A program made the position numbers and the translations under genes. From contig OZ076409.1 of NCBI GenBank assembly GCA_964187785.1, positions 94,056,001 through 94,120,000 on the forward strand: a stretch of 64,000 nt of DNA, given 5' to 3'. Shown here one piece after another: positions 26,560-37,700 of the stretch (positions are counted from its first letter, which is position 1; each line of letters begins with the position of its first letter). Origin of the DNA: Amphiscolops sp. MND2022. Its lineage: Eukaryota. The notes below the pieces were generated by a model. The model saw nothing but the letters and a program-made list of their open reading frames with translations. It was not told the DNA's origin and ran no database searches.

Positions 26560-28064
26560 TGTGATAATCCTCTTGTGTACGGTCCTCATTAATGACCACA
26601 GAGTCATTTAAATCGATGTTTTGTATGCTCAAAGGTTGCATTGGCGTTCTTAGTTTGTTTAAATTAGATGGCCTAAAAGGATTACCCTGTATCTCGCATT
26701 TTTGATTTTCTGGTCCAGATGCGTTTTCTTCACCGTCTTCATTACTTATGTGTTTTGAGGTTCCTGCTCTGAGAGTGTTTTGTTCTCGATATCTTCTGTT
26801 TGGTACGGATTGTGTTCTTCTGTTATTTTTCATCTCTTTCAGTATTTTCTCTAATTTTTCATCCATTTCTTTTCTTAAGTTTGTTACTTCTTTGTTCGTT
26901 TTGTCTGTTATCCTTTGGGTCCAACTTTGCATTTCGTTTTCATTTTGTGTTCCGCTGTCTAGGGCTATTTCTTCGTCCCTAACCGAACTAACATTTCCAA
27001 AATTACTTGAAGTCTCAATAACAGTTTCATTACCTTGTGATGTCTCTATTTCTGATGCACTCAATTCTCTCTCAAGTGAGGGTGATTGTCCTCGTCTAGA
27101 TCTCCTATTTCTCTTGTTTCCCATTTCGGTCAGATTAAAATGCAATGTTGGAGAGAAGAATTTTAATTAAGTTTGAGAAACAAAGTGAAATCGGGTTGAA
27201 ATGAGATTGAAGAAAATGTTCATAACGTTGAATTATCGAAGTTGAAAACAAAGGTCGTGAAGGTAAAAAGAGAGGTCTGATCAGTCTGGGAGTTTTCCGT
27301 CGAATGAATATTATCGGGTTCCTTACTCTCCTTTTTAATTTGGGCTATATTTAGCAGCATGACAGCCAATTTTTAGGAAATCATCATTACATCATTTTAT
27401 GTAATGGCTAAAAATAGCACTCCATTATTTTCCAAAATTATATAAATAGATTCTTACATGACACAATTATCTATTAATAGTATCTTGCATGACGAATAAT
27501 TCTCTATGATTGGTTAACACGCAAACTGCATCAATCCGTTTATCGTTAATGGGAAGAACGTGACAAACCGTAGTATGACTCATATGTAATGCAAATATTG
27601 GTTTCAACATAATGTAGCACGTATGATTAAGTCAACGTAATGAGTCATACCTCTAAAAGTTATAATCGAAAAGTTGAAAAATGCAATATTGTACTGCAAT
27701 ATGCTGCAAACTTAGTACGGCGGATTAATTCAAATGTCAAAGTCCATACGTACTAATGCATCATACAAATCACGTATAATTTATTCATTTCACTACAAAT
27801 CATGTTGAGCGGTATTATACATCAAATATGTTAATACCTTGTAACATTTAGTGAATTGTTTATGAATGGGTAATAATTTGCGAGCACAGTTAACTATAAT
27901 GACAAACAAATTTAAATGATGCTGGTGTATAAGAGTCATATATGAATGCATGTAAAACAAGCTTCAAGAAGTAATGAGTTTTCTCCAGTTTGAAATAATA
28001 GATGGCCAGGTCATTTGCCTCTATCGTTGCTCCACGGGTCCAGCACAAGCTCTAGGCTGTGACA
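26560..28064 (-). repeat. 3' LTR (1505 bp)
   Basis: Near-identical to 40734-42249 (about 15 substitutions and one 11-bp indel, counted by eye). Starts TGTGATA and ends TGTGACA on +. Confidence 0.96.
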
Positions 28065-29160
28065 GGCCAGCATTTTTGAAGCAAATGAGTGCGGCCTCGA
28101 ACCCATCTAGATAGGCTCTTGACCTGATGTTCCGGTCTCGCACTGTTTCACCTTGGTATTCGGTGGCAATCGTGTAAGCTGCTAAGGCGTCAAGGGCTAC
28201 TTCATCATAGGTTTTTCCACACCAATGGCAGTTCCCTTGAACGTGCGGCATTACAGGCGGGTTAAGCTGCATCCTTCTGTGGATTGGCTGTTCCTGCATA
28301 CTGCTGTATGCTTGGGTAGGGTAAGTCTCAGCTACCCCGGGGTTGTTGTGAACACCTTGTGGGTCTAAATATAGTTGCCCAGCGGAGTTGTAATAATATC
28401 CAGAGTTATCTAGGTTACCAGGATGTTGTATGTTAGTTATTCCGGCATGTTGGAAAGGGATTGCTCCACGGCTAATCAAGGTAGACATGTGCTGTTGAGT
28501 ATTTGGGTTAAAGTTTTGGTCCCTTAGGGGCGTTTGCAGAATCCATCTAGTACGGTTATTTTGATGCGGTTGATTAGCAATCGGGATTTCTCGGGGTATC
28601 ACCATTGGAGTTATTGGCACTGGTCTTATCGGACCATTTCTACGGAGATCACTCAAGGAATTGTCAGCATTATTTTGTGATAATGGAGGCATCTGTGGTA
28701 TTACTTCTCCAGCGCGCATTGGGGGAACAGCGACTACTGGTCTACCATAACTATTTCTTGGTGCGTTCGCGAAGTTCGCGTTTAACAGTAAATTATCCTC
28801 ATTGCTCTCGTCTGACTCGACGAATGATGAAAGTGAAAAATCAGGTAGTTCAGTGTTTTCGGTTATTGTGCTCAATATTTCTCTTTCAATGTCAGTTCCG
28901 ACAACGTCAATAAAAGAATCTTCTCTCGACACTGTCTCACTAACTGCGAACAGTCTAGCCGCATCTTCGTTGACAAAAGCCAACATCGGATCTTGCAGCG
29001 GTCCTCCGGCTCTGAATCTCAAGTCAATTGGGTCAACGTAGGACTGCTCGGTTACAAATTCTTCCCCAGAGTCACTGGATATATTAATTAATCCAGGGGA
29101 ATTTGTGGAGATGGATTGCATATCCTCGTCAATGGTGAAGAGATTTGAGCTTCTAGACAT
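28021..29160 (-). CDS. Extra ORF3 of the retrotransposon (379 aa, env position, unknown function)
   Basis: Open ORF with AAAATG start context, an acidic N-terminus, a Pro/Asn/Gln-rich middle and a C-terminal CHWC-containing helical domain. No signal peptide or TM segment is evident. The last 44 nt lie in the 3' LTR. Confidence 0.8.
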   Translation of the reverse strand: MSRSSNLFTIDEDMQSISTNSPGLINISSDSGEEFVTEQSYVDPIDLRFRAGGPLQDPMLAFVNEDAARLFAVSETVSREDSFIDVVGTDIEREILSTITENTELPDFSLSSFVESDESNEDNLLLNANFANAPRNSYGRPVVAVPPMRAGEVIPQMPPLSQNNADNSLSDLRRNGPIRPVPITPMVIPREIPIANQPHQNNRTRWILQTPLRDQNFNPNTQQHMSTLISRGAIPFQHAGITNIQHPGNLDNSGYYYNSAGQLYLDPQGVHNNPGVAETYPTQAYSSMQEQPIHRRMQLNPPVMPHVQGNCHWCGKTYDEVALDALAAYTIATEYQGETVRDRNIRSRAYLDGFEAALICFKNAGLSQPRACAGPVEQR

Positions 29161-29859
29161 TTTGCTTTTCGTTTGGATTTTAAGGTTTCAAGTGTTTTTC
29201 TCAGGAAGTTTTGACTGAATGAATCCTTTCCGTTTTTCTTCACACTTTCACTACTCTCCCGGGTTTTCCAAATAAGGTAGGTAGTTTGTGGTGTCATCTT
29301 CCTTTCTTGTTAACCTTTTTCCCGGCATTTTTAGGGTAAGCGTTAGATGATATCTCAATCTTATTTAAATAGCTCCACAACAAAATGAAGTTTTCTTTAC
29401 AACTTCCATTTATGGCGATTAAGGGTGTTAATTTTCCATTCGAGATGACAGAGGCATAATATTTGACTGTAAACAAATATGAATGAGACTTTACATGATG
29501 AATTTTGAGAACTCGATTTTTATTTTTTGGAATTTACAAATTTTCCTTTTATGGAAATATAGCATGCGTTTCAAATCATATCACCAACAAAAGTAAAATA
29601 TAAAACCAAATTACACGACTTTTAATCAAAATACATGACAAGTTTCAGAATTAAAAGCATTTAATTCACTCCCTTGAATCATGTAGACACTGCTTCATGA
29701 CGACTATTTCAGCATAAGTATGCTGGTCTTGGAATATGTCATTATCTCATGGTATCCAAATGACGCATAGGGTTATGTGATGTCATTTGTTTTAGGTCAA
29801 ACACCATCTTGCGTTGTGCTGTAGGATGTAAGCAGTTTCGTTCATTTCCTCGTTTCGTC

Positions 29860-30035
29860 ACTAGGGGGCGGCGCATCATGTGTATGTAAACGCACTAAGC
29901 TGTACTGTTCTAAATACCAATCTCGCTGGCAGGCATGATTGGTTTCAAACTATTTCAGCCAATCAGCATTGAGCATTTGCGCAAATATGCTAATTGTGTT
30001 CTAATCAGCCGGAAGCCACGCCATATATAATTTTG
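29860..30035. promoter_or_regulatory. Putative internal divergent Pol II promoter between ORF3 (-) and the antisense gene (+)
   Basis: GC box GGGGGCGG (~29864), CCAAT (29917, 29959), reverse CCAAT (29938), CCGGAAG (30009) and TATATAA (30024), lying between two head-to-head genes. Confidence 0.5.
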
Positions 30036-30218
30036 TTTGTTTGTAAAGTTTCGTAGTCCAAAGTCAAATTCTACAGTCTCACATTGTTCTCAATCAACGT
30101 TTCCTTGCTTCCCGCTTTCGTGTTTTTGCTCACAACTCATAGTTTTTCATTTTTATTCAATTCATTATTAGTTTCAATTGGTAATTAGTTACGCCCTTTC
30201 ATTGTCAATTCTTCCATC

Positions 30219-33200
30219 ATGGTTCGCTCAAGGAGCACTTCTAATCGGCGTCGCAAAGCTTCAAAGGAGAAAAGGACAGCATCAACTTCTCGGGATCAAC
30301 CGTCGAACACTGCAGCTATTTTGCCAGGTAAGCTTGAGTTCATTTTCTTTGTGTGTTTTTGTAGCTTTCTTGCTTTTTTGAGACGTCTCAGATTTTGAAT
30401 ACAAGTTGGCCAGACTCGTATTTCGTTGACATATCTTTCCGATCTATCAACTTCCTGTCTTCAAGTTTTTGAACGGAAACGCTAACTTCCGGTTTTGGTT
30501 TCTAGCATAATTCCATTCCGATTTTTATTCCAGGTTCTAGCTCAGCTACACAAACAAAACGCAGTGCCGAATGTTCTGAGCCGCGAAAATCTGCTAGGAT
30601 CCAAAGGACTCTGCTCGAATGCGGCTATAATCCCCGATTTTCCCTTGATGAGGAAGACCTCCCTCCAGCTTTTGTTCCTCAAGTCCTATTGGAAGATAAT
30701 TTCGACGAACTTGTGAATGCCGTTGATTCGTCAGACTGTGTTTCTCCAAATGGGAAGCAGACAGATACAGCTGAGGATATTCAGACTGGAACAGCTGACA
30801 AAGGCGACGCTCCTGAAGTAACAGAAATTACCGAAGATCCCTTACGTGGAAATCCAGTAGGTCCATCAACACCTCCCGGCGCCGTTTCTTCAAAATTTGT
30901 GCTTTGTAAAGGCAAGGACTCTCCGGCAACCCAGACTGGGAACACTCCAGTTTCAGCCAAAGGATCTCCTTTTACTCGGTATTTAATCAAAAAGACTGAT
31001 CCCCCTAAGAAACAAGGGAAAAGCGACACGTGTGCTGTTACCTCGGAGACGAAGGGCCCCGAAAATTCTGACCCCCAAGACACTGGAGCAACCCGTTTAG
31101 AAAGACTCTTAGCCGAAGCGGCAGAGGAAGCTGCTATTAACAGATTCAACTCAGCTCCAATTTAATGGTTTCGGAATCTGCTGAAACCGATGAGCGCGGC
31201 GGGCTGGGAGGACGCCCCGAGACTGAGGCTATTACCGCAACAAATCCACCAGATGTAGTTGGGGACAATCATCAGCCATCCGATTCAAGTTCAGATAGTA
31301 GCACCGAATCTGACCTGGAGGTGTCTTCCACTGAAGAGTTTGTCGTTACTCCCGAGAAGCCTCTCAGGAAACGTAAGGCAGAGAAGACAACTGGTCCAGT
31401 CAAAAAACGGGCTAAGCCTCAACATATGCTCGCCGAATGGATGTACGACAAGTACCCCATCCTCAGGTTCTTTGCCACAGCACCTTCTGATGCCGCCCGC
31501 CATCCAAATAAGTACCGCTGTCGCGTCTGTATGGTAGAGCTTTCTCTCAAGACTAAAGGTCCTTTAGAAATGCTACGGCACTATCGGACCGATGCACATC
31601 TAGTACGGGAACACAGAATCCGTATGGAGACTCCTGGACTTGCACTATTCGATAAACAGTGCATAGAATTGAGTGGAATGGCCCTAAAGTACGCAAAGGA
31701 GAGAGCCAAACGGGAATACCCGATCGCCCCCAAACTTGGCGATTATTACCTCCGGGTTGATCAGCAAGAACTGCCAGACAAAACGGAACCAGATAACCCG
31801 GACAAGGAGACTTTGTCACAATTGACCCTACTCAAGTTCGGATTACGACATGGTGGGCATTTGGACTCTCTGATCGCACTCTGGCATGACCTGATCACGG
31901 AGACAAGGACTTCAGAACCTGTTTCCACACACGATTGGAGGCCACACAGGATCTTGGTAAGTTGTTTTGGTAGTGGGTTTTGTCTGCAAAAAATCTAGGT
32001 ATTTTGAGAAAGGTTGTTTCTTTATAGGCGCTCCTAGCTCACATGTTTCGTGAGCTCCTATCATACTGCATTACTTCTATTGAATCCTCGGGCAGCTACT
32101 CCCTCCGGTTGGCATTCACGGCACAAGAAACGAGGCTCTTTGTGAATTTCTGGTCTGGAAATTCATTACACAGCATGTGTTTAGCCGTTCTCCCCGGCCG
32201 ACTTACCAACCAGTCTGCCTTGATTCCAATCGTTAGCAGTTTCTTCGCTCTTCTAGACAAAGAGGTACACTTGCTTTTCTTATCTGGATTTTCTCGACGT
32301 CTTGCTTGGACTATTTCCCGGGTCCTACCTCAGCACAAAAGGATCTGTAGTACGACGAAATTCAGTCCGGGGGACTTGGAGGATCTTCTACTCGTTCCCA
32401 CAGTCCAAATTCTTGACAGACTTGACTTCAGGAGTGTTCTGGATTTCCTGCTTCTCCGACTGAGATCCGCTTGTGGAAGCTCCTGGCTATCGTCCCTTCC
32501 AAATTTTGAAAAGGTTTATCTTTTATATTTCATTTTCCAAACATTTTGTAGGAATATTTGCTTGGTGACATAATTTTGTTCTCGTGTAAACACGGCTATT
32601 ATGCTCTTGGTTCACAGTTCTCTTTCTTGTGTAGATTTCTTCCCTTTTAGGAGAAAATTAGTTTCTTTTTGCATATGACACTTTGCAGATAATTCTTTGT
32701 TGCATATCCAAGCCTGCAGCATAATGCGGCACAATTAGTCTTCTCAATTTATTTTTTCAAAAGTTTTGTTCATGATTACGTAATTGAGTAGGTTGTAACG
32801 AATGAGTCACCATACGATATTTGTTTCAAAATTCTGCACGTGAATATCTGTGTTCGACTGTTTCTTTGATTTTGGCACGTGCTCTTTTTCACTTCATGTT
32901 TTTACGTAATAGAAGTCAAAATTTTGTGTTGTTACAGTTGGCGTTCAATCTTGACTATGACCTAATACAAGCTGTTGAGATTCTCGATCAACTGATTCAG
33001 AACTGGGAGCACGTCACTTCCCATGTGCGGGACAGCAGGAGAGTGGCTGCATATCGTTCTCATATCCAAGAGGTTTCTCTTTTTATTTGCTTCCTTATTG
33101 GGTATTCTTCACATGGTTTTTATATAATTTTTGGTTTCTTTTCAGCCTTCTTGGATGGATGACATCATCACCAAGGATCGTGTACTGGTTGTACGGCTGT

Positions 33201-34573
33201 TTATCATCCGCAACATCTTGAGTCAATGTTAGTATTCATCTTTGATCGTTTTGTTCCAAATGTCATCTTCCAAAGTAGATTTCAATGTATTGCACAAAAT
33301 TTCTTCTGTTTTGGTGGTTCCGTATTAGTTTCATCTCACGCTTCATAAGTTTCCTTTTGTTCTAGACAATTTAACCTTCAAGGAAGTGGATGCGAGTGTA
33401 GCTAGAGGATTTCGTATCTACAACCAGTTCTGTGTTTTTGTATACACTCAGATGCAAACCATCTTCCCTACATCCTTCCTTGGGAGCATCAGCAATTGGG
33501 ACAATTACATGCAAATAAACATGAGTGAAGTCACTTTGCCTATCAAGACAGTTGATGAATTCCTGCAGGATAAAGACCTCTCCGATCTGTTATATAGAAG
33601 CAAGATCCCAACCCCTCGGAAGTTCGCTGAGCAAGCCATATCGTTCTACCGTTATTTTGTCAAACAGTTGCTTTCTTGTGAGATGGCTACGTCTTCATTT
33701 GCTCGTGGGCTGTCGTCGTTCGATGAAGCTGTGATACGCGATGGTGAGGAGGCGCAGTATGAAGACTCTATCCAAACCCTTGCTGGATACTTCGTTCAAC
33801 AGCGATAGATCTCCCCCCATGTAAAGCCTGTTATAGTGAGCGAGTACTGTTCTCTCGTAACCAAATTTCGTGCAGACAAAGTTTCTAGCTCAAAGGAATG
33901 GGTCAGTTTCATTTCCTGCTACTTTGAGCTTCAATGCAGATTGGAATTATTCCGCCTCTTTAAAGTTTGTTGTGAATCGCTCAGAAGCTCTTGTTGTCCA
34001 CCTCAAAACTTTGTTGTACCTTTGTCTGGCTTAAAATCTAGTAAAGTGGAATTCTCTTCTTGCGTGAGGAGCCTTCAGTGTTCCCTCAGTTCCATTCAAA
34101 AAGTAGAGAGTCTTTTCTTATCAACTGCTGCACTTCCTCGTGCATACAATCTCCTCAACCAGGGGCCAGGGCTACTTCTCAAACGCAAGTTCTCAGTATG
34201 GAATCTCCTGAGATTTACTCATTTTTTGAAGATTGGCTTGCTGTTTACTTTGGAATCCTGTTACGCCAAGAATGTTGCTGTTGACAGTCGTACTTGGATT
34301 ACTGCAGAGAAAGAACCCAGTCTTTGCTCTAGCCGTAGTAGTAGTAATGCTAGTTCCCCTGTGAAGTCTTTTTCAGCGAAATCTTCTCCAGAGAAGTCCT
34401 CTCCTGAGAAGTCGTCTCCAGATAAGACTAAACAGCCAGTTACTGCAGATTCCAGTGTTGCCCCAGTTGTTCGTAGTTTGATTGAGCTTCCCTTCCTAAC
34501 TGCTTCAACTTCTGCTGTCTCTTCCGCTGGTGATAAGAAGAAGCAGAAGAAAGGAAAACCAGCTATGCATTAG
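30219..34573 (+). CDS. Six-exon antisense cargo gene (~1147 aa): zinc finger plus degenerate hAT-transposase-like region; one frameshift and one nonsense codon in this copy
   Basis: Exons 30219-30327, 30534-31956, 32028-32513, 32938-33072, 33146-33227 and 33366-34573. All five introns are GT..AG with pyrimidine tracts and preserve frame. The sequence EWMYDKYPIL..YRCRVC....KGPLEMLRHYRTDAH is a zinc-finger motif. Lesions: frame change at 31163-31167 (TAATG) and in-frame TAG at 33806-33808. Confidence 0.8.
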
Positions 34574-34720
34574 CGAATAGTCAGATTTAGATAAACTTTG
34601 TTTACGCCACGTACTCAATTTAAGCTACAACTTTCCGCAATTTTCATTGCTTCTTTTCTTGATTTCTTGTTGAATATTTAACAGGAAGCTAGGGAGTTGA
34701 GTTTGTATTACTTTTTGTTT

Positions 34721-37700
34721 TTAATATCGGTAGGAGTCTGAAAAGTTAGGATTTGGGTTGGGTCGTAAATTGTGTTTTTCACCACGTGTATTGGTAGGGG
34801 TTATTTCTTTTTGAACCTCATCATTTTCTTGATTTCCATCTGTATTTTCTGGGGATTTTTCTGCATCAATAGTAGGGTTAGGTTGTAAGTCTTGTTGATT
34901 ATCATTTATATCGATTTCATTTTCTGCATTTTCGGGTAGAGTTTCTATATTAGGAACGGTAGTTTGTTCTACCGGGGCTCCCCCACTGTTTTTTGAAATT
35001 TCGAGGGAGGGTGGGTGGTTTATCGGTATATATTCTTGTATGTCATCTTGTTCATTATCTGGGAGTTCTGTTTCAAATGGATCTGTACCAAAGTTTGTAT
35101 CCCATGTATGGGCATACAGATCATCGTGTGTAACTATTATGTTGTCATCTTTTTGCCAATCTGTTTTTCTGACGAAATTATCGGCTAGTGGAGCGCTAGG
35201 TGTAAATTTGCTCAGACATATTCGGTGTAACAGTTGTGTTTTGTTTGTGCCTAGCCTTCGTACGTTGTAGTTGTTGTTAGGTAGGACTTTTTCGACTTTG
35301 TAAGGACCTATCCAACGGAATTCGCGGAACGGAATTTTTGTTGCTTGTGTGTCTGCCTTTGGGTTCAGTATATAACAGTAGTCTGTTGTTGTAAGCGGTG
35401 CTGCCTTTGCCTTGCGGTCATAGAATGCTTTATATTTTAAGTATGACTGCATGATATTCTTTTTGGTTTGGTCATTGAGTATGTCCATTCTGCGTTGTAT
35501 TTCTTCTGCAATGTCAGTCTGTGGAGTATACCGTGGGTTAGGATTATAGCCTAGCTTGTAGTCTAGGATGTTATGTGGTATCCTGCCGTGGAAAACACGG
35601 GTGGGTTCACACCCTAAGCTGGCATGATACGTTGTATTGTGGTTTAAGACAGCCAGTGGTAGGAATTTGTGCCAATGATTGCGAAATTCACCTGTAGCTG
35701 CTTTCAAATGTGTTTTTACTGTAGCATGAGTGCGTTCTAGCATGCCAATTGTTTGTGCATGTTTTGTCGAAGCGTGTTTTAGTTCAACTCCAAGCACTGC
35801 TGCTACTTCTCGGGTGATTTGTGAGTTGAATTGAGTGCCCATGTCAGTTATTATGGTCGTTGGTAAATATGTGTGTTTGCACAAAATGTCCATAATGACT
35901 CTTGCGACTGTAGAGGCTGTGATTCGGGTTGTTGGGTAAGCAAATAAACATCTTGAGAAGACGTCGATTGCTGTTATGATGTTATCAAACCCTCTACTTG
36001 GTGGAAGATTAGGTAAGATATCCATCTGAAGAATATCTTCTGGGCCAAGGTCCCATTCTGGATAATTTAAGAGTTCTGTTTTCAGTAGATCGTTATTGAT
36101 TCTCTTGTTTTGAATGCACATTTGGCACTTTTGTACCCAATTTTTGATGTGTTTTGCTAAGCATGGGTAATAGTATTTCTGTCGTGCTTCCTGTATCATC
36201 TTTGTTATTCCTGGGTGATTTGCATTGTGTCCATGCAATGCTTGTAGGAACTCTTCGAGAAGCTGTTTTGGTAAGAGTATTTGGTAGTGTGAGATTTGTC
36301 CAATATCATTGTAGTATTTTCGTACAAGGATGTCTTGGCGGGTTTCGATGCGGGGTATGTTTTGTAGGTAGTGTTGGTAACGATTGTCTTGTGTGAACGC
36401 TGATTCATCAAAAGGCTCACCCTCTTTTTTTGCTCTGAGATTGCGAAGGACTGGATCATTATTTTGTTCGAGTCGGATTTTTGCATTGTCTCGGAAATGT
36501 CCTTCCCGATAATCTATCGTTCCGGCAGTTGGTTTATGGAAATTTTGTAATTCAGTTATTTCGTTTTCCGGTTCATTGTGTGTTTCTGTTTGTGCTTGAT
36601 TACGGATATTGTCTTTTTGTTCCCAGAGTGTTTTTTCGTCATTTTCATCGTCTGGGTGGACGTAAATTTGTTCTTCTTCGGCTATGCCGGAGGATTGGAT
36701 ATTAACCTCGATAGCTTTTGTTTGTATGTCGTTACGTAAATTCATTTCTAGTTTTTCCTTCGGATTAATTTCCGTTCGCGACAAGAAGTCTACAGCTGTA
36801 TTCATTGCTCCTGCCACATGTGCTATGACGAAATTGTACTGTAGGACGTAGTCGCATGCGTTCCATAGTGCTGGGGGAATGATTTTTGTTTGGAAGAATC
36901 TGGTGACTGCACGGTTGTCGGTGAAAACAATTACGGGAAAAGTACTTCCCCACATTAGGTGCCCAAACTCTGAGAATGCAAAGAAGATGGCTAAAAACTC
37001 CTTCGCATATATTGACATTTTTAATTGGGCTGGGTTGAAAGTTTTTGAGCCAAAAGCTATTGGTGCGTATGTTTTGCGTTTTGATTGTAGTTTTTGTTGA
37101 GGGTCGTCTTCGATCATAATCGCATATCCTGCAGCTGTGAAATTGGCATCGGACATGACGATTAGTTGTTTGTCTTTAAGTGGTTGTTTGAGCGCCATCT
37201 GGCAAGATTGAAGGAGAAGGTTGTTTAGTTGTTCAAAATTGCTTGTAAGTTCGGTAGAAATGTAGAATTTGTTGGTTTCCTTCAGTAGTTTGAAGAAAGG
37301 GGTGAGTCGTTCCGAAAAGCGTGGTATATAATTTCTGTAATAATTCAGAAACCCAATATACCTTTGAAGGCCTTTTTTGGATTTGGGGAATTTAAGTTTC
37401 GTTAAGAAATCTTTGACTTTGTCTACTTGGGGAGAAACTCCTTCGGGTGTGATCGTTCTTCTCAGGAAATCGACCTGTTTGACTCCAAAATGGCACTTTG
37501 ACATTGACAATTTCAGTCCTGCGTTCCGTATACATTCGAAGACTACTCGGATGTTTATACACAGTTGTAACACTGTGTTTGCTGAAATTCCGATGTCGTC
37601 GACGTATTGGGCGCATTGGTCTGCTTTGATGAGGGTGTCTAAGTATTCCCGTATGAAACTAGAGAATGCTGAAAGTGATCGGCTAAGGCCCTGTGCTAAT

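Noticed and set aside
28021..29160. ORF3 as a retroviral-like env
   Set aside because: No signal peptide, no transmembrane segment and no evident fusion-protein features.
29088..29476. Two short overlapping minus-strand ORFs upstream of ORF3
   Set aside because: They are short and AT-rich with no recognisable motif. They may be 5' UTR or uORFs and cannot be supported as genes.
30219..34573. Antisense gene as an independently nested autonomous hAT transposon
   Set aside because: No TIRs or 8-bp TSD were seen around it, catalytic motifs are missing, and it is packed tightly against pol and ORF3. This is not fully excluded without other copies.
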